Shown here piece by piece: positions 7,162-15,870 of a DNA stretch of 64,000 nt. The stretch lies in the IMG/VR virus record IMGVR_UViG_3300023174_000152, positions 1 through 64,000 of that record, one strand, 5' to 3'. Under the pieces are notes generated by a model, which was not told where the DNA came from, did no database searches, and was given only the letters and a program-made list of their open reading frames with translations. Source of the DNA: a virus. The position numbers and the translations under genes are program-made. The number at the start of each line of letters is the position of its first letter. The first letter of the stretch is position 1.

Positions 7162-8393
7162 TGCAATACCCCAAATTCATTCCCGACGGAAAGTTCAATC
7201 ACTTTGGATTCTTCCGTGTGGGTGATGAATGTTTCTATAGCAAACTAGATGCTGTGCATCACAGCATAGCCACCGGCCACGAAGTCGAATGGGATTTCAA
7301 CAATCAGCTGTTTGAATCCTTGGACTGGAAAACAGAACCCACAGAATCTATCCAAGAGTTGTATCGCCAACGTGCCCAACAGATCCGAGATCGCTATGAC
7401 TATGTTGTTGTAATGTTTAGCGGAGGATGTGACAGCACCTGTGTGCTTGACAGTTTCATCGACAATGACATACATGTAGACGAGGTATTCCATCTGCACA
7501 CACTGGATGGGCATAAGGGCAACATGCATGCCTTTATGACCGCAGAAACATTTCATTTAGCCATTCCGCATGCTTTGGAAAAACTTAAAAAGTGTCCCAA
7601 CACACGTTTTACTTTGCATGACAACAGTGACTGGGAACGGCAAAATCTCAAAGATCCTTATGTGAGAGAATATGCCTGGCGAGCTTTCAATAACATACAC
7701 AATCTAGCTATGACTGGATTTTATCACAGTCCTACCGTGGGATTCCATCGTAGATTCCAGCACTGGCGAGATATCCAAGACAGTGGTAGAACTATGTGTT
7801 TTGTCATAGCCGAGGCCAAACCTAACTTAACCTTAGATAAAGAAACAGGTAAACACTATTACACCGTCATGGATCACTACGCTTCACAACCTAGTCCGCA
7901 TACACAATGGGTCAATGATCCCAAAGAAAACTACGAAAACTTTTTCCTACAACCTGACTTGCCTGAGCTCATGATCAAACAAGCTCATCTTTGCTTGAAT
8001 GCAGTTCGTGACATAGACAGCGAACCAAATAAGTTTTGGCGATACAAAGAAACTCCAAAAAATGTGATTAGTCCCTGGGGATTTGAAGCCACTGATCCAA
8101 GATACTCGCCGGTGTTTACAATCAAGGACGGTGTTGATTATATGATGACGTACGAGGATTTTCATAAAATGGTTTATCCCAGTCACAAATCTGGGTACAC
8201 ACAATGGAAACAAAAAGGTCGCGCGGTACATCCATGGCATCAATGGTTAGCTGAAGAAATGCCAGCAGAAGCCAAGGATTGGTACAAAGCATACATTTCA
8301 ACATACTCTCAACTCCCTGACAGTTGGACCCAACATCGTGGCGGTCTAGAACAGAACATAGCTCGTCTTGAAATAAAATATTTTGTTGAATAA
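7158..8393 (+). CDS. PP-loop (N-type ATP pyrophosphatase) family protein
   Basis: YDYVVVMFSGGCDST (SGGxDS loop). Confidence 0.75.
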   Translation: MMQYPKFIPDGKFNHFGFFRVGDECFYSKLDAVHHSIATGHEVEWDFNNQLFESLDWKTEPTESIQELYRQRAQQIRDRYDYVVVMFSGGCDSTCVLDSFIDNDIHVDEVFHLHTLDGHKGNMHAFMTAETFHLAIPHALEKLKKCPNTRFTLHDNSDWERQNLKDPYVREYAWRAFNNIHNLAMTGFYHSPTVGFHRRFQHWRDIQDSGRTMCFVIAEAKPNLTLDKETGKHYYTVMDHYASQPSPHTQWVNDPKENYENFFLQPDLPELMIKQAHLCLNAVRDIDSEPNKFWRYKETPKNVISPWGFEATDPRYSPVFTIKDGVDYMMTYEDFHKMVYPSHKSGYTQWKQKGRAVHPWHQWLAEEMPAEAKDWYKAYISTYSQLPDSWTQHRGGLEQNIARLEIKYFVE

Positions 8394-8394
8394 C

Positions 8395-8988
8395 ATGTTT
8401 ACACACTTATCATTGTCACTGCCGTTACCGCCACAGGCCCTTGTAGATCAGCTGGTATCATATCACCAAGATCAAAAACTTGCATGGGATCCAGCTCAAC
8501 GAGAAAGATTTAAAAAACACGAAACTGGCTACTTGGAAAGAAAACTAACATGGCAGAATCAAGAGTATCAAACTAGAGTTCAATACAGATACGTTTTACC
8601 GCAAGAAATTTTACAGTGGATAGATGATCATTTTCCCAAGGACTATCTTGCCGCAAGTCTGGCAGTAAGCTCAGGACAAGGTCCTTTGCACGGCCCGCAT
8701 ATTGATTTTAACAGGCACTATATATTCTATCTAAGTTTGGACACAGGTGGCCAAGATGTTACTACTAGTTTTTGGCGAAGGCCCAACAATCCTGTTGAGT
8801 TTCTCAGTCCAGAATGGCCCGGTACATCTCAGGACTATCCCGGATTGGAACACATAGAGTCTGTGGTACTTCAACCCAACCAATGGTATGTACTCAATGG
8901 ATGGGTGTATCACAGTGTAGAAAATATGACTGGCACAAGACTCAGTCTGCAAGTTGATTACGATCGCATAAATCTCACAGTCAAATGA
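8395..8988 (+). CDS. Double-stranded beta-helix / 2OG-Fe(II) oxygenase-like protein
   Basis: PHID (HxD), YHSVEN, RLSLQ; ATG at 8395. Confidence 0.65.
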   Translation: MFTHLSLSLPLPPQALVDQLVSYHQDQKLAWDPAQRERFKKHETGYLERKLTWQNQEYQTRVQYRYVLPQEILQWIDDHFPKDYLAASLAVSSGQGPLHGPHIDFNRHYIFYLSLDTGGQDVTTSFWRRPNNPVEFLSPEWPGTSQDYPGLEHIESVVLQPNQWYVLNGWVYHSVENMTGTRLSLQVDYDRINLTVK

Positions 8989-9590
8989 AACTAGGCATCA
9001 CCGGAACCAGTCAAGGACTAGGACAACATCTCAAACAAGTGTTTGAACACCACGGCCACGAAGTGTTAGAGTTTAATCGTAGCAACGGATATGACATCAA
9101 ACAACCACAGCGTATTGTTGATGCTGTCCAAGACTGTGAACTGTTTATCAACAATGCCTACGATGGGTATGGACAAGTAGATCTGTTGTATGCGCTCGTT
9201 GACCGTTGGGAACACAAAGAAAATCGTTTTATCATCAACATAGGTAGTGAACAAACACGGCGCTGGACCAATCACATGGCTGAAGGTATAACGCCGTTTG
9301 ATTGGCGTGAAGGACAACGTGCTATCAACTATCGCACACACAAACTCAGCCTAACTGAAGCCACGCACTATCTGTATCAAATGGTCACATGGCCACAGCT
9401 CATGTTGGTTGACATTGGCATGCTCGATACACAGCCTGCGGGCTATTGGAGTCGACACAGAAAGAATCGAGAACCGGTACGATGTGAGGACGCGGCTAGA
9501 TTGATCTACAACTGTTTTGATCAACGACATTTGCACTTTGTCAGCGAACTAGCAATACGCCCGCTGAACTTTGCTCCTAAAAACCCTTGA
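8985..9590 (+). CDS. Short-chain dehydrogenase/reductase
   Basis: ITGTSQGLG, FINNA, IINIGS, YRTHK (YxxxK). Confidence 0.88.
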   Translation: MKLGITGTSQGLGQHLKQVFEHHGHEVLEFNRSNGYDIKQPQRIVDAVQDCELFINNAYDGYGQVDLLYALVDRWEHKENRFIINIGSEQTRRWTNHMAEGITPFDWREGQRAINYRTHKLSLTEATHYLYQMVTWPQLMLVDIGMLDTQPAGYWSRHRKNREPVRCEDAARLIYNCFDQRHLHFVSELAIRPLNFAPKNP

Positions 9591-9607
9591 AATACAAGGG
9601 TTTTTTT
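9581..9607 (+). terminator. Rho-independent terminator closing the transporter cassette
   Basis: aaacccttg-aaata-caagggttt plus T-run. Confidence 0.8.
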
Positions 9608-9633
9608 GTGGCTTTTTTACAACACAACAAAGG

Positions 9634-9662
9634 TTGACCAGAAACAGCCGTCATGCTATACT
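9634..9662 (+). promoter_or_regulatory. sigma70-type promoter
   Basis: GG-TTGACC-17 nt-TATACT with TGn; AGGAG RBS downstream. Confidence 0.8.
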
Positions 9663-9695
9663 ATAGGCTAAGTTAAACAAAACAGGAGCCCTACT

Positions 9696-9947
9696 GTGAA
9701 ATCACTCAAAGCCTATGTAGATCAAAAGAATCAGTGGAATGCTATCTTTGGTGGCAAGCCTTTGGTCATTGGTCGAGACAATCAACGCATCGCCGACATG
9801 ATCGACGGTGATCTTTCTCCAGAAAATCTCACTTGCGATGGCGAACTGCCTCGCAGTCAAGTTCAAGCTCGTTACCGCCAGCTCACTGCCGCGGCCACAG
9901 AACTCCGTCGTCTAGATCCCACAGTGAAGTTTTATGAGTTTTCTTAA
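9696..9947 (+). CDS. Hypothetical early protein (83 aa)
   Basis: GTG start with AGGAG RBS behind its own promoter. Confidence 0.8.
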   Translation: MKSLKAYVDQKNQWNAIFGGKPLVIGRDNQRIADMIDGDLSPENLTCDGELPRSQVQARYRQLTAAATELRRLDPTVKFYEFS

Positions 9948-9949
9948 GG

Positions 9950-9978
9950 TTGACGCAGAAATCAACTTCGCATACAAT
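9950..9978 (+). promoter_or_regulatory. sigma70-type promoter
   Basis: GG-TTGACG-17 nt-TACAAT upstream of the AAA gene. Confidence 0.8.
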
Positions 9979-10010
9979 AGTAGAATCATCAACAAAAAGG
10001 ACCAAGCCCT

Positions 10011-11105
10011 ATGTCATTTGAACATCGCACCGTAACCGCGGTTGGTGCCCGCAAAGCCATCAAAAAGTGTTTCGCTAAAAAGCGTCCGCTGTTCCTCTGG
10101 GGTCCTCCCGGTATCGGCAAAAGTGAAGTGGTAGCAGATATCACTCGTGAACTCGGTGGTCTCATGATCGACCTCCGTTTGGGCCAAATGGACCCTACCG
10201 ACATCCGTGGTATTCCGTTCTACAACAGAGACAAAAACGTCATGGACTGGGCTCCTCCTATCGACTTGCCTGATACAGAAACTGCTGGTCAGTATCCTGT
10301 TGTGGTATTGTTTATGGACGAGATGAACTCGGCGCCTCCGGCTGTACAGGCCGCGGCCTATCAGCTCGTGTTGAACCGTCGTGTTGGCAAGTATATACTG
10401 CCCGACAATGTGGTGCTGGTTGCCGCTGGTAACCGTGAATCAGACAAAGGTGTTACCTATCGTATGCCTACTCCGTTGGCAAACCGTTTTGTCCACTTGG
10501 AGATGCGAGTTGACTTCCCTGTATGGCAAGAGTGGGCCGTGAGCAATGGTATCCACAAAGACGTTGTGGGTTACTTGAGTTTTGCCAAGCAGGACCTCTA
10601 CGACTTTGATGCCAAGAGTGCAAGTCGTTCGTTCGCTACTCCACGTTCTTGGACTTTCGTCAGCGAGCTGTTGGCAGACGAAGACGTAGATGAGACCACT
10701 TACACCGATCTGATTGCAGGTGCTGTGGGTGAAGGCCTTGCTGTGAAGTTTATGGCGCATCGCAAGATTGCAGGCAAAATGCCCAAGCCCGAAGACATCT
10801 TGTCGGGCAAGGTCAAGGATCTGCAGATCAAAGAAGTCAGTGCCATGTACTCTTTGGTGATCTCTATGTGCTATGAGCTCAAAGGTGCCATCGAGCGCAA
10901 GATTCCAGACAAAGAGTTCCATGCTATGTCTGACAACTTCTTTGCCTACATGATGGCGAACTTTGAAACTGAGCTCGTGGTCATGGGTGCCCGTATTGCA
11001 CTGACCACATACAATCTTCCGTTCCAGCCTACCAAGCTCAAGAACTTTGACGAGTTCCATCAGCGGTATGGCAAGTACATCCTGAGCGCAAGCCAGAATG
11101 CCTGA
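10011..11105 (+). CDS. MoxR-like AAA+ ATPase
   Basis: Walker A GPPGIGKS, Walker B LFMDEMN, AAGN sensor, LANRF arginine finger, TPRSW. Confidence 0.92.
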   Translation: MSFEHRTVTAVGARKAIKKCFAKKRPLFLWGPPGIGKSEVVADITRELGGLMIDLRLGQMDPTDIRGIPFYNRDKNVMDWAPPIDLPDTETAGQYPVVVLFMDEMNSAPPAVQAAAYQLVLNRRVGKYILPDNVVLVAAGNRESDKGVTYRMPTPLANRFVHLEMRVDFPVWQEWAVSNGIHKDVVGYLSFAKQDLYDFDAKSASRSFATPRSWTFVSELLADEDVDETTYTDLIAGAVGEGLAVKFMAHRKIAGKMPKPEDILSGKVKDLQIKEVSAMYSLVISMCYELKGAIERKIPDKEFHAMSDNFFAYMMANFETELVVMGARIALTTYNLPFQPTKLKNFDEFHQRYGKYILSASQNA

Positions 11106-11107
11106 TA

Positions 11108-11199
11108 GGTCAAGGGTTGGGTCCACTATCGGTAACGAGACATAGGGCTATGTCGGATCCAACCCATCTTTTTGATCAACCACCCGTAAGGGTGGTTTT
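11108..11199 (+). promoter_or_regulatory. Three-way-junction RNA element followed by terminator-like hairpin
   Basis: 11-bp helix 11114-11124/11155-11165, inner tcg-GTAA-cga and gacata/tatgtc hairpins, then aaccaccc-GTAA-gggtggtt-tt. Confidence 0.5.
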
Positions 11200-11389
11200 C
11201 GCACCCTACAGTCACAGCGATGTCCAAGACATGTTGCGAAAAGTAGTGCAAGACTTTGGTCGTCCCGGATCTAGATGGCGGTATCGTAGCCCTGACATAG
11301 GTCAAGCAGAAAACAATGTTTGGCAGTTAGATTTCCATTTCCGTGATCCGCATGATGCAGTCATATTCGGCCTTAAATATCAACGATGA
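11150..11389 (+). CDS. Hypothetical protein (start uncertain, may be 11231)
   Basis: C-terminal FHFRDPHDAVIFGLKY; ATGA overlap with next gene. Confidence 0.6.
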   Translation: MSDPTHLFDQPPVRVVFAPYSHSDVQDMLRKVVQDFGRPGSRWRYRSPDIGQAENNVWQLDFHFRDPHDAVIFGLKYQR

Positions 11390-11739
11390 AATACAAGATA
11401 GTCAAACTCGATGGTCGCTGGAGTTACAGAAAATACTTTGAGTATGCTGTGATTTTTTCTGGCCGCATGAGTAACAGCCAAGGACCCATGCAGTTTGCTG
11501 AAGCTCAAAAGTATTTCTTTGACATCTATGGCTGGAGTGCCGAGATCCGCCAATGGGCCGACATCAAAGAATACACCGCAAACATTTTCAAATACATTGG
11601 GCCGAACCCACCGCCAAAGATGCCCGAGTGTGTGAACCCGTATTGGAGTTGGACCAATGGTTATGAAGACCTGCGTATCTACGTGAAAAGCCCGCAAGAA
11701 CTCACGCTTTTCCAGCTGAAATATCCGGTTGACCAATAA
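11386..11739 (+). CDS. Hypothetical protein (117 aa)
   Basis: Coupled ORF ending LRIYVKSPQELTLFQLKYP. Confidence 0.8.
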   Translation: MKYKIVKLDGRWSYRKYFEYAVIFSGRMSNSQGPMQFAEAQKYFFDIYGWSAEIRQWADIKEYTANIFKYIGPNPPPKMPECVNPYWSWTNGYEDLRIYVKSPQELTLFQLKYPVDQ

Positions 11740-11757
11740 TCCATTTTCCTGTATAAT
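11729..11757 (+). promoter_or_regulatory. sigma70-type promoter
   Basis: GG-TTGACC-17 nt-TATAAT; AAGGAG RBS follows. Confidence 0.85.
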
Positions 11758-11781
11758 ATAAGATATAGTTAAGGAGCACTT

Positions 11782-13068
11782 ATGTCTACAAAAACCGCAA
11801 CTTCCACGCAAAACAAAGACGACGCTAAAAAGTTCGCCAATCTGATTGGACCCATGGATCCAAAGTTAGACAAGATTGTGCGTGAGAAACTGGTCACTGC
11901 CCGTGTGGGACTGTTACTCCGTGCTTCATTTTTTGGCAATCTTGCTACTCGCCTGAAGCTGGTCAATGCCGACGAGTGGTGTGCCACTGCCGCCACAGAC
12001 GGACGTCATTTCTACTACAATAGTCGCTTCATTGAACTGCTCAAACCCAAAGAGATTGAGTTCTTGTTTGGGCATGAAGTCTTGCATTGTGTATATGATC
12101 ACTTCGGTCGTCGTGGAGATCGCGACCCGCAGTTATTCAATATCGCCAATGACTTCTGCGTCAATGCAGATTTGAAGAAACATCGTGTAGGCGAGTTTAT
12201 TACTTCGGTGCCTTGCTTGTATGATTCAAAGTTTGAAGGCAAGAGCTCTGAAGAGATCTATGATATTTTGTATGAGAATGCAGAAAAAATCAGTCTCAGC
12301 GATCTTATCGACAAGTTACTAGACGAGCATTTGGATGGCGAAGGTGACGGAGATGGGTCAGATAGCCAGGATGGCGACAAGCCCGGCAAAGGACGTCCCA
12401 AGCTGTCAGCAGAAGAGCGTCAAAAGATCCGCGATGAAATCAAGGAAGCCATGTTGGCGGCCGCACAAGCGTCAGATGCAGGATCGATTCCGTTGGGCGT
12501 CAAACGTCTGATCAGTGATCTCACCGATCCTAAGATGAACTGGCGTGAACTGCTCCGTATGCAGTTAGAGTCAACCATCAAGAGTGACTACACTTGGATG
12601 AAAACTAGCCGTCGTGGCTGGGACATGGATGCTGTGATGCCTGGTATGAATCGTACTGACGCCATTGACATCGCTGTGTACATCGACATGTCAGGCTCCA
12701 TTGGAGAAGCTCAAGGCAAAGATTTCCTTAGCGAAGTCAAAGGTATCATGGAATCGTTTGAATCTTACAAGATCCATGTCGCTTGTTTTGATACCGAAGT
12801 GTACAACCTGCAACAATACAACTCAGAAAATCTTGATTCAATCGAAGACTACGAGTTAGCCGGTGGCGGTGGTACTGATTTTGATTGCATCTTCAAGCAC
12901 TTGAAAGACGAACAAATCGAACCCAAGCGTCTGGTAGTATTCACTGATGGTTATCCATGTGGTAGCTGGGGTGACCCCAACTACTGTGATACTGTATGGA
13001 TCATCCATGGTGACAAGAATCCCAACCCACCCTTTGGTACGTTCGCCCTGTACGAGGAGGACAAATAA
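11782..13068 (+). CDS. HExxH metallopeptidase-like plus VWA domain protein (DUF2201-like), MoxR partner
   Basis: TAATDG, HEVLH, acidic Gly linker, MIDAS DMSGS, GGGGTDF, VFTDG. Confidence 0.9.
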   Translation: MSTKTATSTQNKDDAKKFANLIGPMDPKLDKIVREKLVTARVGLLLRASFFGNLATRLKLVNADEWCATAATDGRHFYYNSRFIELLKPKEIEFLFGHEVLHCVYDHFGRRGDRDPQLFNIANDFCVNADLKKHRVGEFITSVPCLYDSKFEGKSSEEIYDILYENAEKISLSDLIDKLLDEHLDGEGDGDGSDSQDGDKPGKGRPKLSAEERQKIRDEIKEAMLAAAQASDAGSIPLGVKRLISDLTDPKMNWRELLRMQLESTIKSDYTWMKTSRRGWDMDAVMPGMNRTDAIDIAVYIDMSGSIGEAQGKDFLSEVKGIMESFESYKIHVACFDTEVYNLQQYNSENLDSIEDYELAGGGGTDFDCIFKHLKDEQIEPKRLVVFTDGYPCGSWGDPNYCDTVWIIHGDKNPNPPFGTFALYEEDK

Positions 13069-13194
13069 ATGACCTTTGTGAACTTCTTATACCTTGCGGC
13101 AGGGTTTTGGTTGGGTTGGTTTATTGGTCAACCCATCATAGACTTTATTCCCAAACTTATTCGTGAGATTCGTGAAACACGCTGGAGGCAGTAA
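13069..13194 (+). CDS. Small single-pass membrane protein (41 aa)
   Basis: GAGGAGG RBS; MTFVNFLYLAAGFWLGWFIGQPIIDF with basic tail; exactly fills the gap between neighbours. Confidence 0.7.
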   Translation: MTFVNFLYLAAGFWLGWFIGQPIIDFIPKLIREIRETRWRQ

Positions 13195-13536
13195 ATGAAA
13201 TGGTTTGATCGATACTTGTACCGCAAACTTCGCGATATGTGGGACAACAAAGAAAAGTACAATCACTATCTTGAGGATGACGGTAGCATTCCTGTTAGTA
13301 AAATGAGAGGTGCAAGCATGGGACTGGTAGCAGTGGCAGAAGACTCAGTGGGTTGGGAAGACGGCCTGCGTATCAATGTCAAAAAAGTCATCGGTGGATT
13401 CATCGTAAGTTTCCGAAGCTATGATCGCAAAACAGATCGTAACAATGAGCGGCATTACATCATCACTGACGATCAAGAGTTTGAAAAAGAACTAGGCAAG
13501 TTCATTACTTTAGAATCAATGCGGCAAACAGGATGA
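13195..13536 (+). CDS. Hypothetical protein (113 aa)
   Basis: GGAGG RBS, coupled ORF. Confidence 0.8.
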   Translation: MKWFDRYLYRKLRDMWDNKEKYNHYLEDDGSIPVSKMRGASMGLVAVAEDSVGWEDGLRINVKKVIGGFIVSFRSYDRKTDRNNERHYIITDDQEFEKELGKFITLESMRQTG

Positions 13537-13877
13537 TCAAAGGTATTTCAACTCAAAGCCCGCGATGGATGTCAGTGTACAGTCCATCGCAAAGTCCGTA
13601 CATTAGCCCAGGATCCATGAGTGCCGGGATGGTGCGCTACAATAGCAGTTCGCAGAATCTCGAAGTCTATGATGGTAATGCTTGGTTAAGTCTCAGCGGA
13701 TCAGCAGATGTTGGACTTAGTCCTGAAGCACAGGCTACATTAGAGTGGGCATATCGGAAAATGAAAGAAGACGAAGAGCTGGAACTGCTGATGGCTAAAC
13801 ACCCCGGGTTGAAGGATCTACACGAAAAATTCACGCTGATGAAGGCCTTGGTAGCAGAAAACCACAAAAACCCGTGA
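13533..13877 (+). CDS. Hypothetical protein (114 aa)
   Basis: Coupled ORF; contains GMVRYN..LEVYDG..W fibre-like motif. Confidence 0.8.
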   Translation: MIKGISTQSPRWMSVYSPSQSPYISPGSMSAGMVRYNSSSQNLEVYDGNAWLSLSGSADVGLSPEAQATLEWAYRKMKEDEELELLMAKHPGLKDLHEKFTLMKALVAENHKNP

Positions 13878-13920
13878 AATAAAGATCAAAAAGGTAAAAC
13901 TGATCTAAAACCTTTTCTAC

Positions 13921-13943
13921 AACCGCCGCAAAGGCGGTTTTTT
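13921..13943 (+). terminator. Rho-independent terminator
   Basis: aaccgcc-gcaaa-ggcggtt plus T-run. Confidence 0.85.
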
Positions 13944-13978
13944 CTTGGCATAAACTACGTCTATTTCTTTTTTGCCAT

Positions 13979-13984
13979 TAAATA
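13979..13984 (+). promoter_or_regulatory. Putative late promoter TAAATA
   Basis: TAAATA 5 nt before ATG 13990, downstream of a terminator. Confidence 0.5.
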
Positions 13985-13989
13985 GATGT

Positions 13990-14205
13990 ATGGAAAATCA
14001 AAACGTAAACCTATCAGTATCAGACCTTATTATGTTACAAAACATAGTACAGGTAGCCTGTGAACGTGGTGCTTTCCGTGCTGAAGAAATGAGCCAGATT
14101 GGTCAATGTTATGATCGATTGTCAGCTTGGTTGGCGCAGATGCAACCAGCCTCTGAACAGCCCGACTCACAACCACAGCAACCCGAACAACCTCAAGGAG
14201 AATGA
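13990..14205 (+). CDS. Hypothetical protein (71 aa)
   Basis: ATG in frame with ORF 13972-14205; ACERGAFRAEEM, Gln/Pro tail. Confidence 0.8.
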   Translation: MENQNVNLSVSDLIMLQNIVQVACERGAFRAEEMSQIGQCYDRLSAWLAQMQPASEQPDSQPQQPEQPQGE

Positions 14206-14894
14206 CAATGTTCATCAAACACGTAGGCAAACATGGTGACCGTAAGGTTGCTATATTATTTAGAGAAGTACCCGGTGAAGACCACATGTGCTTGGTAGTG
14301 TATCCAGATGTGATGCCCAGCCATATGCACGATGCTCTTATCAAGGCCATCGAAACACCCGAAGCACAACAAGCTGAACAGTTGGCCGATGCTGTACACA
14401 GCAAACTGTTCCCTGATGGTCGTCCCATGCTCACAGCATTACACGCCGAAGGCATGATCAAGAAAGTACAGACCGAACAGGTTGTAGTAACTCCTACACC
14501 CACTGCCACAGTCAAACTCAGCGAGCTCAACAATATCTTGAGAGAGATGAAAACAGGTGAGCAAGCTATCAGTAAGTTGGCTGAACTGGATGCTAACTCT
14601 GGCTATACAGGCAAAGCCATTCGTAGAGATGATTTTGGTCGCGAGCTACGTCCACCTCCAGCCGCACGTAATAATCTTATGGGTAGCAATCAAGCATTGG
14701 ATGACAGTGCTTTGGCTGCTAACTTCCGTCAGCAAGCCGCTAAGATGGAAGCCGAAGCCAAAGGCTTATTGGCCGAGAGTGCCAGATTAGCCAAAGAAGC
14801 CGCGGCTCTTGAAGGAGCTCCAGCAGAAACCACCACTGCGCCCAAGCGCGGTCGTCCAGCGAAAGCGAAGGTGGCGGATGCAACTCAAGGTTGA
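14202..14894 (+). CDS. Hypothetical protein with coiled-coil and KRGRP tail
   Basis: AAGGAG RBS; 230-aa ORF. Confidence 0.85.
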   Translation: MTMFIKHVGKHGDRKVAILFREVPGEDHMCLVVYPDVMPSHMHDALIKAIETPEAQQAEQLADAVHSKLFPDGRPMLTALHAEGMIKKVQTEQVVVTPTPTATVKLSELNNILREMKTGEQAISKLAELDANSGYTGKAIRRDDFGRELRPPPAARNNLMGSNQALDDSALAANFRQQAAKMEAEAKGLLAESARLAKEAAALEGAPAETTTAPKRGRPAKAKVADATQG

Positions 14895-15180
14895 TGAAAT
14901 CGAAAAATGGGAAGATGTTGTAAGTTCGGTTGACAAAGAACATATTCCCATTGACTGTGTCAAGAAAGTTACGTTAAAATTACGTGGTGGCCGTCAAAAG
15001 ACCATCAACTTAGAAACGCTGAGACGCAACGGTCTTGATGTCGAAGACATCGAAGGAGTGGTAGCACGAGCCATGGCAGAACGTGGTCGTGATATCATCA
15101 ACGTAGATTTTGTCATCGACGTCAAAACTGTAGCACAGCACATACAACCTTACACAGATAAAATCTTAAGTAAACTATGA
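14878..15180 (+). CDS. Hypothetical protein (100 aa)
   Basis: ATG 14878 in frame with ORF 14809-15180; overlaps both neighbours. Confidence 0.75.
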   Translation: MQLKVDEIEKWEDVVSSVDKEHIPIDCVKKVTLKLRGGRQKTINLETLRRNGLDVEDIEGVVARAMAERGRDIINVDFVIDVKTVAQHIQPYTDKILSKL

Positions 15181-15851
15181 ATGTTAAACTTGTCTCTTAC
15201 TCCCAGCCCACTGGTGAGTTTAGAGACATGGGCATCGCAGATGCGCAGGAACTCATTGCGTATTGCGCCCGTGTCTCCAATCCATCAAACCAACTCAACA
15301 CTGAATCATCAGAAAAACTCATCCGATACCTCATCCGACACCAACACTGGAGCCCGCTCGAAATGGTCTCAGCCTGTTGCGAAATCACCACAACCAGAGA
15401 TATCGCCCGACAGATCTTGCGACATAGATCTTTTAGCTTTCAAGAATTTTCTCAACGATACGCAGACCCTACTAAAGACCTTAACTTTGTCACAAGAGAA
15501 GCCCGACTGCAAGACACCAAGAACCGTCAGAACAGCATTGCCGTGGATGATCAACTGTTACAAAATGAATGGTATAGAGCTCAACAACGAGTCATCTATG
15601 CGGCCCAACGAGAATACGAGTGGGCTATCGCTAATGGCATAGCCAAAGAGCAAGCTCGTGCTGTGTTACCAGAAGGTCTAATAGAAAGCCGACTTTACAT
15701 GAATGGTACACTGAGATCGTGGATACACTTTATTGAACTACGCTCAGGACACGGAACACAAAAAGAACACATGGAAGTGGCTCGTGCCTGTGCTGAAGTC
15801 ATAGCTACCGTATTTCCCATGAGTGCCGAATTCGTAGATCAATCAACATAA
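15177..15851 (+). CDS. thyX: FAD-dependent thymidylate synthase
   Basis: RQILRHRSFSFQEFSQRY ThyX motif, HWSPLE, EQARAVLP. Confidence 0.97.
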   Translation: MNVKLVSYSQPTGEFRDMGIADAQELIAYCARVSNPSNQLNTESSEKLIRYLIRHQHWSPLEMVSACCEITTTRDIARQILRHRSFSFQEFSQRYADPTKDLNFVTREARLQDTKNRQNSIAVDDQLLQNEWYRAQQRVIYAAQREYEWAIANGIAKEQARAVLPEGLIESRLYMNGTLRSWIHFIELRSGHGTQKEHMEVARACAEVIATVFPMSAEFVDQST

Positions 15852-15863
15852 ATCTGCTATAAT
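15835..15863 (+). promoter_or_regulatory. Extended -10 promoter for the epimerase/aminotransferase genes
   Basis: TAGATC-17 nt-TATAAT with TGn; GTG start 7 nt downstream. Confidence 0.55.
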
Positions 15864-15870
15864 CATAGTA

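Noticed and set aside
3709-9590. Host chromosomal contamination
   Set aside because: Flanked seamlessly by phage-type genes, promoters and packing; the transporter is divergent and lacks tctB and regulators. Read mapping would be needed to exclude it fully
13865-13916. Possible H-type pseudoknot (agatca/tgatct, aaaaggt/acctttt) after an A-rich run, suggesting -1 frameshifting
   Set aside because: In-frame heptamer is C_AAA_AAC, not canonical; the -1 frame stops within a few codons; AT-rich pairing could be chance
10011-15851. MoxR-VWA pair and thyX as novelties
   Set aside because: Both are well-known components of large phage genomes
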